A DNA stretch of 62,922 nucleotides from a virus (taxonomy: Duplodnaviria > Caudoviricetes): the IMG/VR virus record IMGVR_UViG_3300042562_002309, positions 1 to 62,922 of that record. The stretch is one strand, 5' to 3'. Below the pieces are notes generated by a model. That model was not told the origin of the DNA, did no database searches, and saw only the letters and a program-made list of their open reading frames with translations. Numbering within the stretch: position 1 is the first letter of the stretch; the number at the start of each line of letters is the position of its first letter. Positions 48,150 through 57,138 of the stretch are shown in pieces. A program made the position numbers and the translations under genes.

Positions 48150-49451
48150 TTAGTAGTTGTCTGGTGAAAACCATTCTCCATCAGTAGTTCTAGCGACTCT
48201 GACTGGACCACTGTGTTCGTCATATTCATCAGAATATTCACCATCCGGATCTACGGCCTCGGGTGAATTCCCTACTATGTTGTCCTTTATGTTTATGAAG
48301 CACATTGTATCCATATAAGGATAACAATCTGATGGATTTGCATCCTTTACTTTACAAACAATGTTAGCTCTACTTAAATCTTCACTTCCGTTCGTAATCT
48401 TTTCCGATGGAGACATAGACTGTTCTTTTTTAAACCACCATCCGTTTTTCTCAGCGAATTGTTTGAATAGACTAACGTCTGAATCCTGAGATGTATAGAT
48501 TCTGTCTAAGAACTTAACATCGTTTCCGTTTATCTTGCAATCCCATAGAATAGCTCTTCCTTTAATCTTTTTGGATACGTACTTACCATCTTCTAAAATT
48601 CCGTTGTCGTCGTATAGTATTACAAGACTTACTTCCGGGTTTTTAGAGTATATTTGAAGCCATTCTGGTTCTGCCTCTGCCATGCAAGAGTTGTTCATAG
48701 TACCTCCACCGCTTTGGTATTGATCATGCCAGTACCAGTGTATTATATCACTACCCTGTATAATATCGAATTGTTTTAGTATGTCTGCCGCGAAATCATA
48801 AGTAGCTTTGTATTGATTTACAAACTCTTCAATATCTTGGTCGGTGAAAGAAACTTTTGCCGCAGTCAAAAACGCTCTTGCGAATCTTCCTATCTTAACA
48901 GGGTTTCTCGCTGTCTTCCAGATTGCCTTTAAATCATCGCTGTCAAGCTCCATCGCTTCTTTGTTTATTACGCCGATTCTTGGCTCATCTCCTGTAGGTT
49001 CAACTTCTTCAACCATGCAGTATGTTTTTCCGGTAACGCTTTGAGTCTCTGACAATATACTCAACAAAGTTCCTGTGTCTGGTGCCCAGTTTTGTCTTCC
49101 GGTTTTGTCATATCCTAATCTTCCGAAAATCTTGTCGTTTCTATCACTATGCGTAAGGTATCTTCCACTATTCGTAACCCTATAGTGTTCAGGTCTTCCT
49201 ACAGTCAACTCTTGAACTTTTCTATCAGGAGTGAATGACAGCTCTTCTTTAGAATCTGTCATGTCGACATAATTTTGTGCGATACCATCTACATCTTTAG
49301 ATTGAAAGCTTAGAATAGACGATGCTATCTTATTGGTCTTCATTCTATTGAGAAGGTTTACAAGTTTCTGTGAGAATACTACCTTCGATTCTAAAAGCAT
49401 TTCGTACGCTGCTTTTTCTGTTATATAGTCTCCATATTTAAGAATATTCAT
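48150..49451 (-). CDS. conserved-looking phage protein of unknown function with MNILKYGDYITE leader
   Basis: NSCM, IY..NP, GRAILW, LDRIY, YPYMDT motifs; late motif 49473-49481. Confidence 0.8.
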   Translation of the reverse strand: MNILKYGDYITEKAAYEMLLESKVVFSQKLVNLLNRMKTNKIASSILSFQSKDVDGIAQNYVDMTDSKEELSFTPDRKVQELTVGRPEHYRVTNSGRYLTHSDRNDKIFGRLGYDKTGRQNWAPDTGTLLSILSETQSVTGKTYCMVEEVEPTGDEPRIGVINKEAMELDSDDLKAIWKTARNPVKIGRFARAFLTAAKVSFTDQDIEEFVNQYKATYDFAADILKQFDIIQGSDIIHWYWHDQYQSGGGTMNNSCMAEAEPEWLQIYSKNPEVSLVILYDDNGILEDGKYVSKKIKGRAILWDCKINGNDVKFLDRIYTSQDSDVSLFKQFAEKNGWWFKKEQSMSPSEKITNGSEDLSRANIVCKVKDANPSDCYPYMDTMCFINIKDNIVGNSPEAVDPDGEYSDEYDEHSGPVRVARTTDGEWFSPDNY

Positions 49452-49546
49452 AAATAAAAAATTATTTTTTATTATATATTAAAAAACCATTTCAAAAAGC
49501 GGCATCCTTTATTTTTTTCTTGTTATTATTTAATATATAATATATT

Positions 49547-49789
49547 ATGAAGAGAAAGGTTGCTAAGATGATATTGATAATGGGTATAGGCCTTACTGAA
49601 TTGGTACTAGACCTGAATCTAAGTTTCGCAACCTTCAATTCTATTGAATATGTTAAGTCAGAGAACAAGATATATCTTTATATCATGCACGAAGACGACG
49701 ATTTGGAAATAAGCTATGACTTTGACGACTTATGTAAAGAAGACAAGACCATTGTCTATATTTCACTTGCGTCTATACTCTACAACTAG
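49547..49789 (+). CDS. hypothetical protein
   Basis: 80-aa ORF; late motif 49531-49539. Confidence 0.65.
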   Translation: MKRKVAKMILIMGIGLTELVLDLNLSFATFNSIEYVKSENKIYLYIMHEDDDLEISYDFDDLCKEDKTIVYISLASILYN

Positions 49790-50292
49790 CCATTATATCT
49801 TTCCTTTCGCTTCTTTTCTATATATGCTTCTACGTCCGCGTACGATACGGATCCAGGATTCTGAGTAATCAAATCTGCATTTCCTGCGGGTTTTTCTTCA
49901 AGTTTCTTCAACTCGTCGTTCTTTTTCTTCTCTTCGTATCTTATTTCCATTTCTTTTAGAATATGTCCTAAATAGAAGTCCATTCCTTTCTCTTTAACCA
50001 TTTTGAAATCGAAGTCGAATAAAAACTCTTCAAAGTTGTCACCATAATACACCGCCAATATAGGATCTTTTATATAATGATCTGTATAAAATCTTATATT
50101 CCCTGCATTACCCTGTGCGTATATGATGGTATTGTACACATTGTTGTAGAAGTGTGAGAAATGGTCTTTATCATTATATTTCCTCGCACCGCTTTTTTCT
50201 ACGGTCGCCACCAATCCAAGACTTACTCTAAAGTATCTTGATGTTTTGATTTGGTTTATTAGCTGAAAATTAGTTACTATGTTTACGTCCAT
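49786..50292 (-). CDS. hypothetical protein
   Basis: 168-aa ORF. Confidence 0.7.
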   Translation of the reverse strand: MDVNIVTNFQLINQIKTSRYFRVSLGLVATVEKSGARKYNDKDHFSHFYNNVYNTIIYAQGNAGNIRFYTDHYIKDPILAVYYGDNFEEFLFDFDFKMVKEKGMDFYLGHILKEMEIRYEEKKKNDELKKLEEKPAGNADLITQNPGSVSYADVEAYIEKKRKERYNG

Positions 50293-50325
50293 TCTTTATT
50301 TATTAAATATATCCTTCTCCAATTG

Positions 50326-50354
50326 AAAAATGCCGACATTTGTCGGCATTTTTT
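50326..50354 (-). terminator. intrinsic terminator
   Basis: AAAAATGCCGACA-TT-TGTCGGCATTTTT. Confidence 0.7.
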
Positions 50355-50910
50355 ATTCGGTTTCTATTTCTAGTTTTTCGTCATCATCTCCAAAAGTTTC
50401 ATCAAGTTCTATTTTAAGGTCAACTAAGAACCCTTCATCAATATCCTTAATCTTTACATTCTTTGTCATCTGTCCAACAACTTCAAATGTGTCCAAATCA
50501 TATTTTTTAAATTTTATAAAACATTTTTCTATATCTTCAAATGAAAAGTCTGCCTCAGGATCTTTTGGCATACCGTCTTTCAAATCAATTAAAAGTAACA
50601 TGTTGTATGTTGCGTTAGCATCACTAAATTTTATAGTAATCGAATCGTATAGTTTAGAATACTTAGATATCTCGGAACTCTCCAACTGAACACCCAAATC
50701 TTTAAAAGTAAGTTTTTTACTCTTACCTTTCGACTTTGCTTTCATGATGGAAGAATTTCCTTCCTTTTCCTTTTCGTCTTCAAGATCTACTTGATCCTCA
50801 AACATCTTACTAATCTTCTTCTGAAGTTGTTTTAGTGCGGTCTCAATATAAGACTCTGGAGTATCATTGAACTCTTCGTTTATAAACTCTATAAATTTTC
50901 TAATCTTCAT
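50353..50910 (-). CDS. acidic hypothetical late protein with MKIRKFIEFINE leader
   Basis: late motif 50915-50923 (minus). Confidence 0.8.
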   Translation of the reverse strand: MKIRKFIEFINEEFNDTPESYIETALKQLQKKISKMFEDQVDLEDEKEKEGNSSIMKAKSKGKSKKLTFKDLGVQLESSEISKYSKLYDSITIKFSDANATYNMLLLIDLKDGMPKDPEADFSFEDIEKCFIKFKKYDLDTFEVVGQMTKNVKIKDIDEGFLVDLKIELDETFGDDDEKLEIETE

Positions 50911-50914
50911 ATCT

Positions 50915-50938
50915 TATATATTAAATTTTTAATATATA
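50915..50938. promoter_or_regulatory. back-to-back TAATATATA putative late promoters (representative of at least 17 copies in the window)
   Basis: also at 3106, 4691, 6699, 7099, 13804, 14140, 31735, 43651, 49531, 54707 (+) and 1090, 38168, 47026, 49473, 61800 (-), about 4-25 nt before starts. Confidence 0.75.
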
Positions 50939-50954
50939 AAATAAAAAAAATAAT

Positions 50955-51362
50955 ATGATTAGTTTAGTTATAGGTATAATATTAGTATCAATCGCAGGAA
51001 TGTCAAAGGCAATAATGGATAAATTGCAATTTCATTATCATAAGAGTATGTTTAAGCAGGATCCTGTCAGATACAACCAAACCTTTTGGGATCCAACATT
51101 GTCTTGGTCAAACAAATACAAAGAAGGTAGCATGACAGAGCCAAAATTTTTTGGATCCACCAGCTATTTCGTCTTCTTGACAGATGCTTGGCATCTATTT
51201 CAGATGCTTATGCTGATATGCTTGTTCATAGGCGTTGCAATAACATCTTTCTATAGTGGATCATTCATCTTTATGATGATTAAAGTCATTATATTAAGAC
51301 TGTTCTTTGGCCTAACATTCACATTGTTCTTCAATAAGTTTTTGAATGTAAAAACTATTTAA
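50955..51362 (+). CDS. membrane protein
   Basis: hydrophobic helices, AIMD.L.FH, SW.NKY, FLTDAWHLF. Confidence 0.75.
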   Translation: MISLVIGIILVSIAGMSKAIMDKLQFHYHKSMFKQDPVRYNQTFWDPTLSWSNKYKEGSMTEPKFFGSTSYFVFLTDAWHLFQMLMLICLFIGVAITSFYSGSFIFMMIKVIILRLFFGLTFTLFFNKFLNVKTI

Positions 51363-51595
51363 TCATTCTTAGTAACATTTCGGAACATTAAATAATGCAC
51401 CAACAGACCTATGAAGCTACCTGCCGCCGCAAATCCACCCAAGAATATAAACGGCTCATCACCAGGTATACATTCTCTTATTATTCCTGGTAGAGAAATC
51501 CAAAATGCTATATTTATGAATCCTGAAAATAGGAAACATGCTAGATATATCATATTCTCCCTTTGTTTGTTTATTTTAAACCTGTCTTCTTCCAT
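51359..51595 (-). CDS. small membrane protein
   Basis: two hydrophobic segments. Confidence 0.6.
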   Translation of the reverse strand: MEEDRFKINKQRENMIYLACFLFSGFINIAFWISLPGIIRECIPGDEPFIFLGGFAAAGSFIGLLVHYLMFRNVTKND

Positions 51596-51648
51596 AACTT
51601 TTATTTTTCTTTTATATATAAAATATATATATTTGTAAAAAAGAAGAT

Positions 51649-51978
51649 ATGAGTAGGACTATCAAAACAAACTCTGGATCAGAATTCATAACTAATATAA
51701 GTAACGAACAATTTATTGGTGTTCTTTGTAAAGAAGTTGGTGCGAAGCATGACAGTGACTTAGTAGGTCCTACTATGGCATATGATATGACAGAAGAAGA
51801 AGCGAACGATGCCGTTTACCGGATAACTGATTTTCTTTCGCGTGAGAGGTATTTCAGATTCTTTGAAAAAGTCAAACCTCTTTTCTTCACTAATGACGCT
51901 TCTATATATACCTTTGTGGAAAGTGTAGAGGGTATAATAGATAATTTAAAAAAATCAAAAGGATACGAATGCTTATGA
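51649..51978 (+). CDS. hypothetical early protein
   Basis: host-type promoter TATATTTG 51628-51635. Confidence 0.7.
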   Translation: MSRTIKTNSGSEFITNISNEQFIGVLCKEVGAKHDSDLVGPTMAYDMTEEEANDAVYRITDFLSRERYFRFFEKVKPLFFTNDASIYTFVESVEGIIDNLKKSKGYECL

Positions 51979-52116
51979 ATTATTTTCGATATACTGAATC
52001 ATAAACTTTTCAATTAGATTTGACATATTTGTTGATTTATCATTGCATATTTTTTTAAATTTATCCGATACTTTAATATCAATTGAAAAGTTTTGTCTTT
52101 TTTTATACTTAATCAT
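51973..52116 (-). CDS. ribbon-helix-helix DNA-binding protein (47 aa, not in ORF track)
   Basis: MIKYKKRQNFSIDIKVSDKFKKICNDKSTNMSNLIEKFMIQYIENNS; starts 6 nt after the GIY-YIG stop. Confidence 0.7.
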   Translation of the reverse strand: MIKYKKRQNFSIDIKVSDKFKKICNDKSTNMSNLIEKFMIQYIENNS

Positions 52117-52122
52117 TTTTAT

Positions 52123-52917
52123 TTATTTTATTTTTTGCCAATAGTTTTTTCCAGGTCTTTCAATATTATGTTTTTCCAAACAATATTGAATCTTTCTAAC
52201 TGAAATATTTAATATTTTAGATATCTCAGGTATAGATTTTTCCCATAATAAAGGCTTAATATTTTCCAATAGTGAAGATAGATCTTTTAAATAACCATCA
52301 ACTCTTTTCTTCTTCTCTGTCATAAATATTTTATTGTAAAATAATTCCAAATCAGAATCTATATATTCTTCTCTTTTTGATTCGAAGTTTATATATGAAT
52401 TTTGTCCAAATAAATATAAAGACACTTTATCATACATCTCTGCTGCTTCTATCTCACTGGATGTATATTTATCTTTTTTAATAAAACTATTTTGTATTCT
52501 ACAAACCCATGATTTTTTAGACTCTTTCCAAGAAACACCTTTATAGATACTATGTTTTTTATTAGAGGGTTTATAATCCTTTCCTAATCTAAAAGTTGAT
52601 AAATGTTTTTTCAAATCATCACTTACAAAGTGATTATCACCACATCCTCTTATGTTATATCCATTTGGTCTATATGAATTATACATATTTGCATAATATT
52701 CTTCTAAATGATTCAATTCTTCTAAAGAATCTATATTTTCTTTTAATATTTCAACAATAAAATTATCTAAACCATTTTTTAAGTATGAATTTTTAAGTAT
52801 TTCATTATGTGTATAGAGCCACCATTTACCACCTTTGTATCTTTCATTAAAACTATTTACTGACTGTCCAATATAAGACTTATTATTTTTTATATTTAAA
52901 ATTCTATAGATAATCAT
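52123..52917 (-). CDS. GIY-YIG homing endonuclease with AP2-like and HTH domains
   Basis: IIYRI.N..N.KSYIGQS, GYN; SIYKGVSW...W..RI...SEIEAAEMYD..L.LFG...YINF; real start 52917. Confidence 0.85.
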   Translation of the reverse strand: MIIYRILNIKNNKSYIGQSVNSFNERYKGGKWWLYTHNEILKNSYLKNGLDNFIVEILKENIDSLEELNHLEEYYANMYNSYRPNGYNIRGCGDNHFVSDDLKKHLSTFRLGKDYKPSNKKHSIYKGVSWKESKKSWVCRIQNSFIKKDKYTSSEIEAAEMYDKVSLYLFGQNSYINFESKREEYIDSDLELFYNKIFMTEKKKRVDGYLKDLSSLLENIKPLLWEKSIPEISKILNISVRKIQYCLEKHNIERPGKNYWQKIK

Positions 52918-52958
52918 ATAATTTTTATAATTTATAGTATATATAAAAAATGTGTGTG

Positions 52959-52966
52959 TATCTTTG
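52959..52966 (+). promoter_or_regulatory. Bacteroidota-type -7 promoter element TAnnTTTG (representative)
   Basis: also at 37494, 41233, 42428, 47256, 51628 (+) and 6680, 14715, 59016 (-), each shortly before a start codon. Confidence 0.7.
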
Positions 52967-52989
52967 TGTATAGATAATAATTTAAAAAA

Positions 52990-53931
52990 ATGAATAGAGT
53001 AGGATATTGTTGTATAAACATCTCGATAAATGACGGTAAGAAAAAGAAAGATTTCATTACCGTAAATAGAGGAATGGTCAAAAAAACTTTTGAGAGTAAA
53101 GGCCTTCAATATGTTACCGAGTTGGCTCTCTTAAATATAGATGATATGTTTAAGATAATAAAATGGAATAAAGAAAATGATATATTCGTATATCGAATGT
53201 CTAGTGATATTCTTCCATGTATTGGCTTCTATAAATTAGAGGATCTACCAAAGTTTGATTTGATTTCAAAAAAATTAAAAGAGATTGGTGACTATGCTAA
53301 AAGTGTTGATATGAGATTATCATTCCATCCTACACATTTTTGCATACCCGCCAGCGAAAATCCAGTTGTTGTTGAAAATGCAATTGATGAACTAGATAAG
53401 CATGCACAAATAATGGATTTGATGGGCTTGGACCAAACACATTATTATCCAATAAATATACATGTAAACACAACAAAACCGACCAGAGAAGAAGCTGCAA
53501 AAAGATTCTGTGAGCAGTTTTGGAATTTAAGCGAGTCTTGTAGAAAGAGATTAGTAGTTGAAAATGATGATGGACCAAATCAATATTCTACAAAAATGTT
53601 ATATGATTTGATACATAAAGAAATTGGAATACCAATAACTCACGATTTTCATCATCACAATTATGGTCCCAAAGATATTTCACAAGAAGAAGCACTTCGA
53701 TTGGCTCACTCTACTTGGAATGTAAAGCCGCTCACACATATCAGTTCACCAAAGACATTAGAAGATGCGACAGGAAGAGCAACAGCGCACGCAGACTACA
53801 TTTATGAAGAGATTCAGACGTTTGGTCTCGAGTTTGACACGGAACTAGAGTGTAAACAAAAAGATATTGCATTACTTAAATATAGAAAAGACTTCTTAGT
53901 TGCACACAGAAGAGATAAAAAAATTAAATGA
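52990..53931 (+). CDS. uvsE: UV damage endonuclease
   Basis: VGYCCIN, YRMSSD, RLSFHP, NIHV, RLVVENDD, DFHHH, H.SS, AHADY, E.KQKD.A. Confidence 0.92.
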   Translation: MNRVGYCCINISINDGKKKKDFITVNRGMVKKTFESKGLQYVTELALLNIDDMFKIIKWNKENDIFVYRMSSDILPCIGFYKLEDLPKFDLISKKLKEIGDYAKSVDMRLSFHPTHFCIPASENPVVVENAIDELDKHAQIMDLMGLDQTHYYPINIHVNTTKPTREEAAKRFCEQFWNLSESCRKRLVVENDDGPNQYSTKMLYDLIHKEIGIPITHDFHHHNYGPKDISQEEALRLAHSTWNVKPLTHISSPKTLEDATGRATAHADYIYEEIQTFGLEFDTELECKQKDIALLKYRKDFLVAHRRDKKIK

Positions 53932-53940
53932 ATTGGGTAT

Positions 53941-54360
53941 ATGAAAGAACAGGTAATAGAAATAATAGACACGCTTATAGGTGCGACAAGCAACGGTACG
54001 ATCCTCTGGAAAGAGAGAGATCCGAATTCGAATTCGAGAAAATACAAGAGAGTGATGTTCGCCAATGGCTCCGATGGCACCAAATTCGAGATGAATATAG
54101 AATATGTTCTTTCTGGGGATATATGGAATCTGGAAGAGAACGGCATATGGATAGAGAATTCCAATCTACCCGAAGGTAGATACAACATAGGTGCATACAA
54201 ATACAAAGAGGTCTTACTACTCAGAGATCTGATAATGGAGAATTTCTGCACAGATATGGATCCAAAGATAAAAGATGTCGAAGATGCACTATCGGATATC
54301 TGCAAAGGCATTTCCATATCTACATTTAGAGACAACAAGCTAAAGGATTTGGGAATTTAG
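53941..54360 (+). CDS. hypothetical protein with C-terminal tag
   Basis: ends FRDNKLKDLGI. Confidence 0.7.
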   Translation: MKEQVIEIIDTLIGATSNGTILWKERDPNSNSRKYKRVMFANGSDGTKFEMNIEYVLSGDIWNLEENGIWIENSNLPEGRYNIGAYKYKEVLLLRDLIMENFCTDMDPKIKDVEDALSDICKGISISTFRDNKLKDLGI

Positions 54361-54383
54361 ATTCTTTTCCATATCTTCGCTAT

Positions 54384-54701
54384 ATGAAAGAAGAAATATT
54401 TAAGCTAGCGAAGATAGAATCGGAATGGATACGATACTATGGCTTCGTCGATTCTAGATTGGAAGAAAAGTTCGAAGACATCGACTTCTATGATAGAATG
54501 ATTCCTATTGGATACTCAAAAGTATATACCCCATTGGTTCAGAAATGTCCAATGGGTTTTGTCAATAGTCTGAATCCTGAAACCGTAGAGGTCGTATATG
54601 GTCCCAGAAACCATGATAAGAATGTCTACACTCCACTGGAGTTTGTTATCTACAACAAAGTAGAAGGATATAAAGATTTGATAAATCTGATAAAAGGATA
54701 G
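54384..54701 (+). CDS. hypothetical protein
   Basis: 105-aa ORF after TATCTTCG. Confidence 0.7.
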   Translation: MKEEIFKLAKIESEWIRYYGFVDSRLEEKFEDIDFYDRMIPIGYSKVYTPLVQKCPMGFVNSLNPETVEVVYGPRNHDKNVYTPLEFVIYNKVEGYKDLINLIKG

Positions 54702-54734
54702 TATATTAATATATAAAAATAAAAATCAAATTAA

Positions 54735-55427
54735 ATGAAAAATCTATTAGTAGCAATATTGCTATTCTTATCTAGTTTATCTTTTGCACAACAAATTGTA
54801 ACCAAATCTAAACTAATAATACAACACACAGACATGACATTGTATCTACAGAGTGATACGAGTACAATGGTTTCTGTTCATAATCTAACATATGAAAACT
54901 ATTTAAAAATAGGCAAAATTATTCGAAAGGATTTAGGCGATCCTTGGTTTGACGATACCTACAAAGGAAAATTCAAAGAAAAGTATTATAAAAAAAATAA
55001 TTTCGATTTAGGACATTTAACTCCATTCAAAGAATCTTCATATTCAAAAGAGGTAGCAACCAATTCATTTAGCTCATATAATCAAGCACCACAAGACTCG
55101 GAATTCAATCGAATAAGTTGGAAAGGATTAGAGAAAAATATATTGGATACTATTGGCATATATGCAAAAAAGGATAAAAAAAACTCTTATATAATAACTG
55201 GAGTAATCTACAATAATGCAAATCCAACTTATTTGACAAATTCTAGAATAAAAATACCAATATATTTTTTTAAAATCTTATTTGTTTCCGATAAGACATA
55301 CTATTGGCTAGGTGATAACGCACCAGGTGTCGCAAATCCAATTAGATTGACTACAAACGAAGAATTGAATAAGCTGTTTAAAGACAATAAAATGGATCTT
55401 AAAATAAACTTAAACAAAAAACAATAA
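54735..55427 (+). CDS. DNA/RNA non-specific endonuclease (NucA/EndA-like) with signal peptide
   Basis: MKNLLVAILLFLSSLSFA; DLGHL.P, N.APQ...FNR..W..LE, IITG, IP.YFFK. Confidence 0.85.
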   Translation: MKNLLVAILLFLSSLSFAQQIVTKSKLIIQHTDMTLYLQSDTSTMVSVHNLTYENYLKIGKIIRKDLGDPWFDDTYKGKFKEKYYKKNNFDLGHLTPFKESSYSKEVATNSFSSYNQAPQDSEFNRISWKGLEKNILDTIGIYAKKDKKNSYIITGVIYNNANPTYLTNSRIKIPIYFFKILFVSDKTYYWLGDNAPGVANPIRLTTNEELNKLFKDNKMDLKINLNKKQ

Positions 55428-55450
55428 TCATTTAAATAAAAAAGAGAGCA

Positions 55451-55906
55451 TCAGCTCTCTTTTTCTATTCTTATACTTCTTTCAGGATATTTTGACCTTA
55501 CATTGTCACTTATCTTAATTGCCTCACCATATTCGTTTATTCTAACAAAAACAGTTTCGCATCTTAGTGCCAAGACTTCTTTTTCGGTATCTACCGAGTG
55601 TGTTCTAATCTCTACGTTCAAAGTTATAGAAGTTATTCCTATCTTTTTAATACCAACATAGGTCTTGTAGATTTGATTTGGTAGGATCTCTTTAACAAAC
55701 TCACTGTTCATCGTCTTTGTAACAACCCAAGGCGTGTCGCATATTTCAGCTGCAAATACCGCGCACACAGAATCTATTTCTTCAAGCATTTCCGCACCAA
55801 ACATCCTACCATGCACTCCTACCTGTTTTCCTTTGCAGAACTGGCTGTTTCTGCATATAAGCTCTCCTTTTTTAAGGAGCTCTACGTTAAATTCTCTCTG
55901 TGTCAT
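55451..55906 (-). CDS. hotdog-fold acyl-CoA thioesterase
   Basis: HG.MFGA..L..ID, VVT, IG.TSI, VFV.I...G. Confidence 0.8.
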   Translation of the reverse strand: MTQREFNVELLKKGELICRNSQFCKGKQVGVHGRMFGAEMLEEIDSVCAVFAAEICDTPWVVTKTMNSEFVKEILPNQIYKTYVGIKKIGITSITLNVEIRTHSVDTEKEVLALRCETVFVRINEYGEAIKISDNVRSKYPERSIRIEKES

Positions 55907-55909
55907 CTA

Positions 55910-56110
55910 CTATTTGTTACATTCCAATATATTTGTGATTTTCTTCATTCTTGCCTCTCTTCTTTCTGTCATTATTTCAGAAATCATATCAGAGACTTGC
56001 TTTGATGTTATGATATAATTTCCATCACCGCTTCGACCTACTTTGTTTATATAGGCAGCAGATTGAAGAATCTTCTCATATAGATCTTTTTGGTACTGGC
56101 TATTATCCAT
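55910..56110 (-). CDS. small hypothetical protein with C-terminal tag
   Basis: ends RMKKITNIL. Confidence 0.65.
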   Translation of the reverse strand: MDNSQYQKDLYEKILQSAAYINKVGRSGDGNYIITSKQVSDMISEIMTERREARMKKITNILECNK

Positions 56111-56661
56111 TATGCTTTCTTGTCGATTTGATTTACTCCAAGCTCTAGTAGTGTTATTCTTCCGAATACAGAAACCGCAACCTTTACTTTTTCTCCATTT
56201 ACCTGTTCAACCTTTCCTGCGAAAGTATTGAAAGGTCCGTCCAAAATCTGCACTTCTTCACCAACGATGAATTTTACTTCAACTTCAACTTCTTCTTTTG
56301 CTTTCTGTTGTTCACCAATCATTCTATTTACTTCCGTTTGAGTAAGCGGTAAAATATCACCCGATCTATTTGTTAGGAACCCTTGAGCACCATTCATACC
56401 TTTTAAGAAATATTTCAACTCGCCTACAGCGTTTGTTTCGATAAAGATATACCCTGGGAATTTTACCTTCTCTCTCTTTACTTTCTTTCCGTTTTTCAAA
56501 TAGAAAGAATTCTCGATTGGAACGATCACTCGTCCAAGCTTACCCATTAAATCACCTACAGCACCTTCGTTTGTAAGTCTTTCTCCTATTGATCGTTCTC
56601 GGTTGCTTTGAGCCCTTACCACATACCACTTCATCGTGGCTTCTTTTTCAACTATGTTCAT
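56110..56661 (-). CDS. nusG: transcription elongation/antitermination factor NusG
   Basis: WYVVRA.S..E, FPGYIFIE, KOW: VGE.V.I.DGPF..F.G.VE, V.VFGR.T..EL. Confidence 0.93.
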   Translation of the reverse strand: MNIVEKEATMKWYVVRAQSNRERSIGERLTNEGAVGDLMGKLGRVIVPIENSFYLKNGKKVKREKVKFPGYIFIETNAVGELKYFLKGMNGAQGFLTNRSGDILPLTQTEVNRMIGEQQKAKEEVEVEVKFIVGEEVQILDGPFNTFAGKVEQVNGEKVKVAVSVFGRITLLELGVNQIDKKA

Positions 56662-56679
56662 ATTCGTATTTTATTTTTA

Positions 56680-57090
56680 TTAGTTTCCTTTTTCTAACTT
56701 CTTTAAGTATGTCTGTTCTTCTTTTATGAAGTCTGGATATCTATCAATCAGATAATCTAAGTCAGACTCTTTTATTAACAAGTGTCTTAGAAGTTGTTTG
56801 TATTCTTTTTCGGGCATATCCTTTTCCTGTTTCGGACTTTTCGACCAGAACCAATCTGGGTATGGCTGTGTCTTCATAAAATGAAACCAAAGATCCATAG
56901 CGGTTGCCTTATCTATCGTTTTAAGGTTTAAAAGTTGAGCTCTTTCTACATATTTTTTAGAAAAATATCTATTGAATATAAAGAAAAACTTTATTTTATC
57001 TTCATCCGTTATCCTATCTTTATTACTATTGTATATCCAATCGTTTTTAAATTTGAATATCGCATTGGCGACATCGGTTATCTCTGCCAT
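56680..57090 (-). CDS. hypothetical protein, possibly T4 gp62-like clamp-loader small subunit
   Basis: FIFNRYFS...LN...WF...W.K pattern; directly after the RNase H gene; weak. Confidence 0.4.
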   Translation of the reverse strand: MAEITDVANAIFKFKNDWIYNSNKDRITDEDKIKFFFIFNRYFSKKYVERAQLLNLKTIDKATAMDLWFHFMKTQPYPDWFWSKSPKQEKDMPEKEYKQLLRHLLIKESDLDYLIDRYPDFIKEEQTYLKKLEKGN

Positions 57091-57138
57091 TAAAAGTTTA
57101 TTAAGTATAACTATTTTATCATTTACCTATTGGAAAGT

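Noticed and set aside
52918-53109. N-terminal extensions given by the ORF track (53109, also 42518, 61836, 14783, 14746)
   Set aside because: They overlap neighbouring genes or promoters; downstream ATGs sit at domain starts just after promoter motifs.
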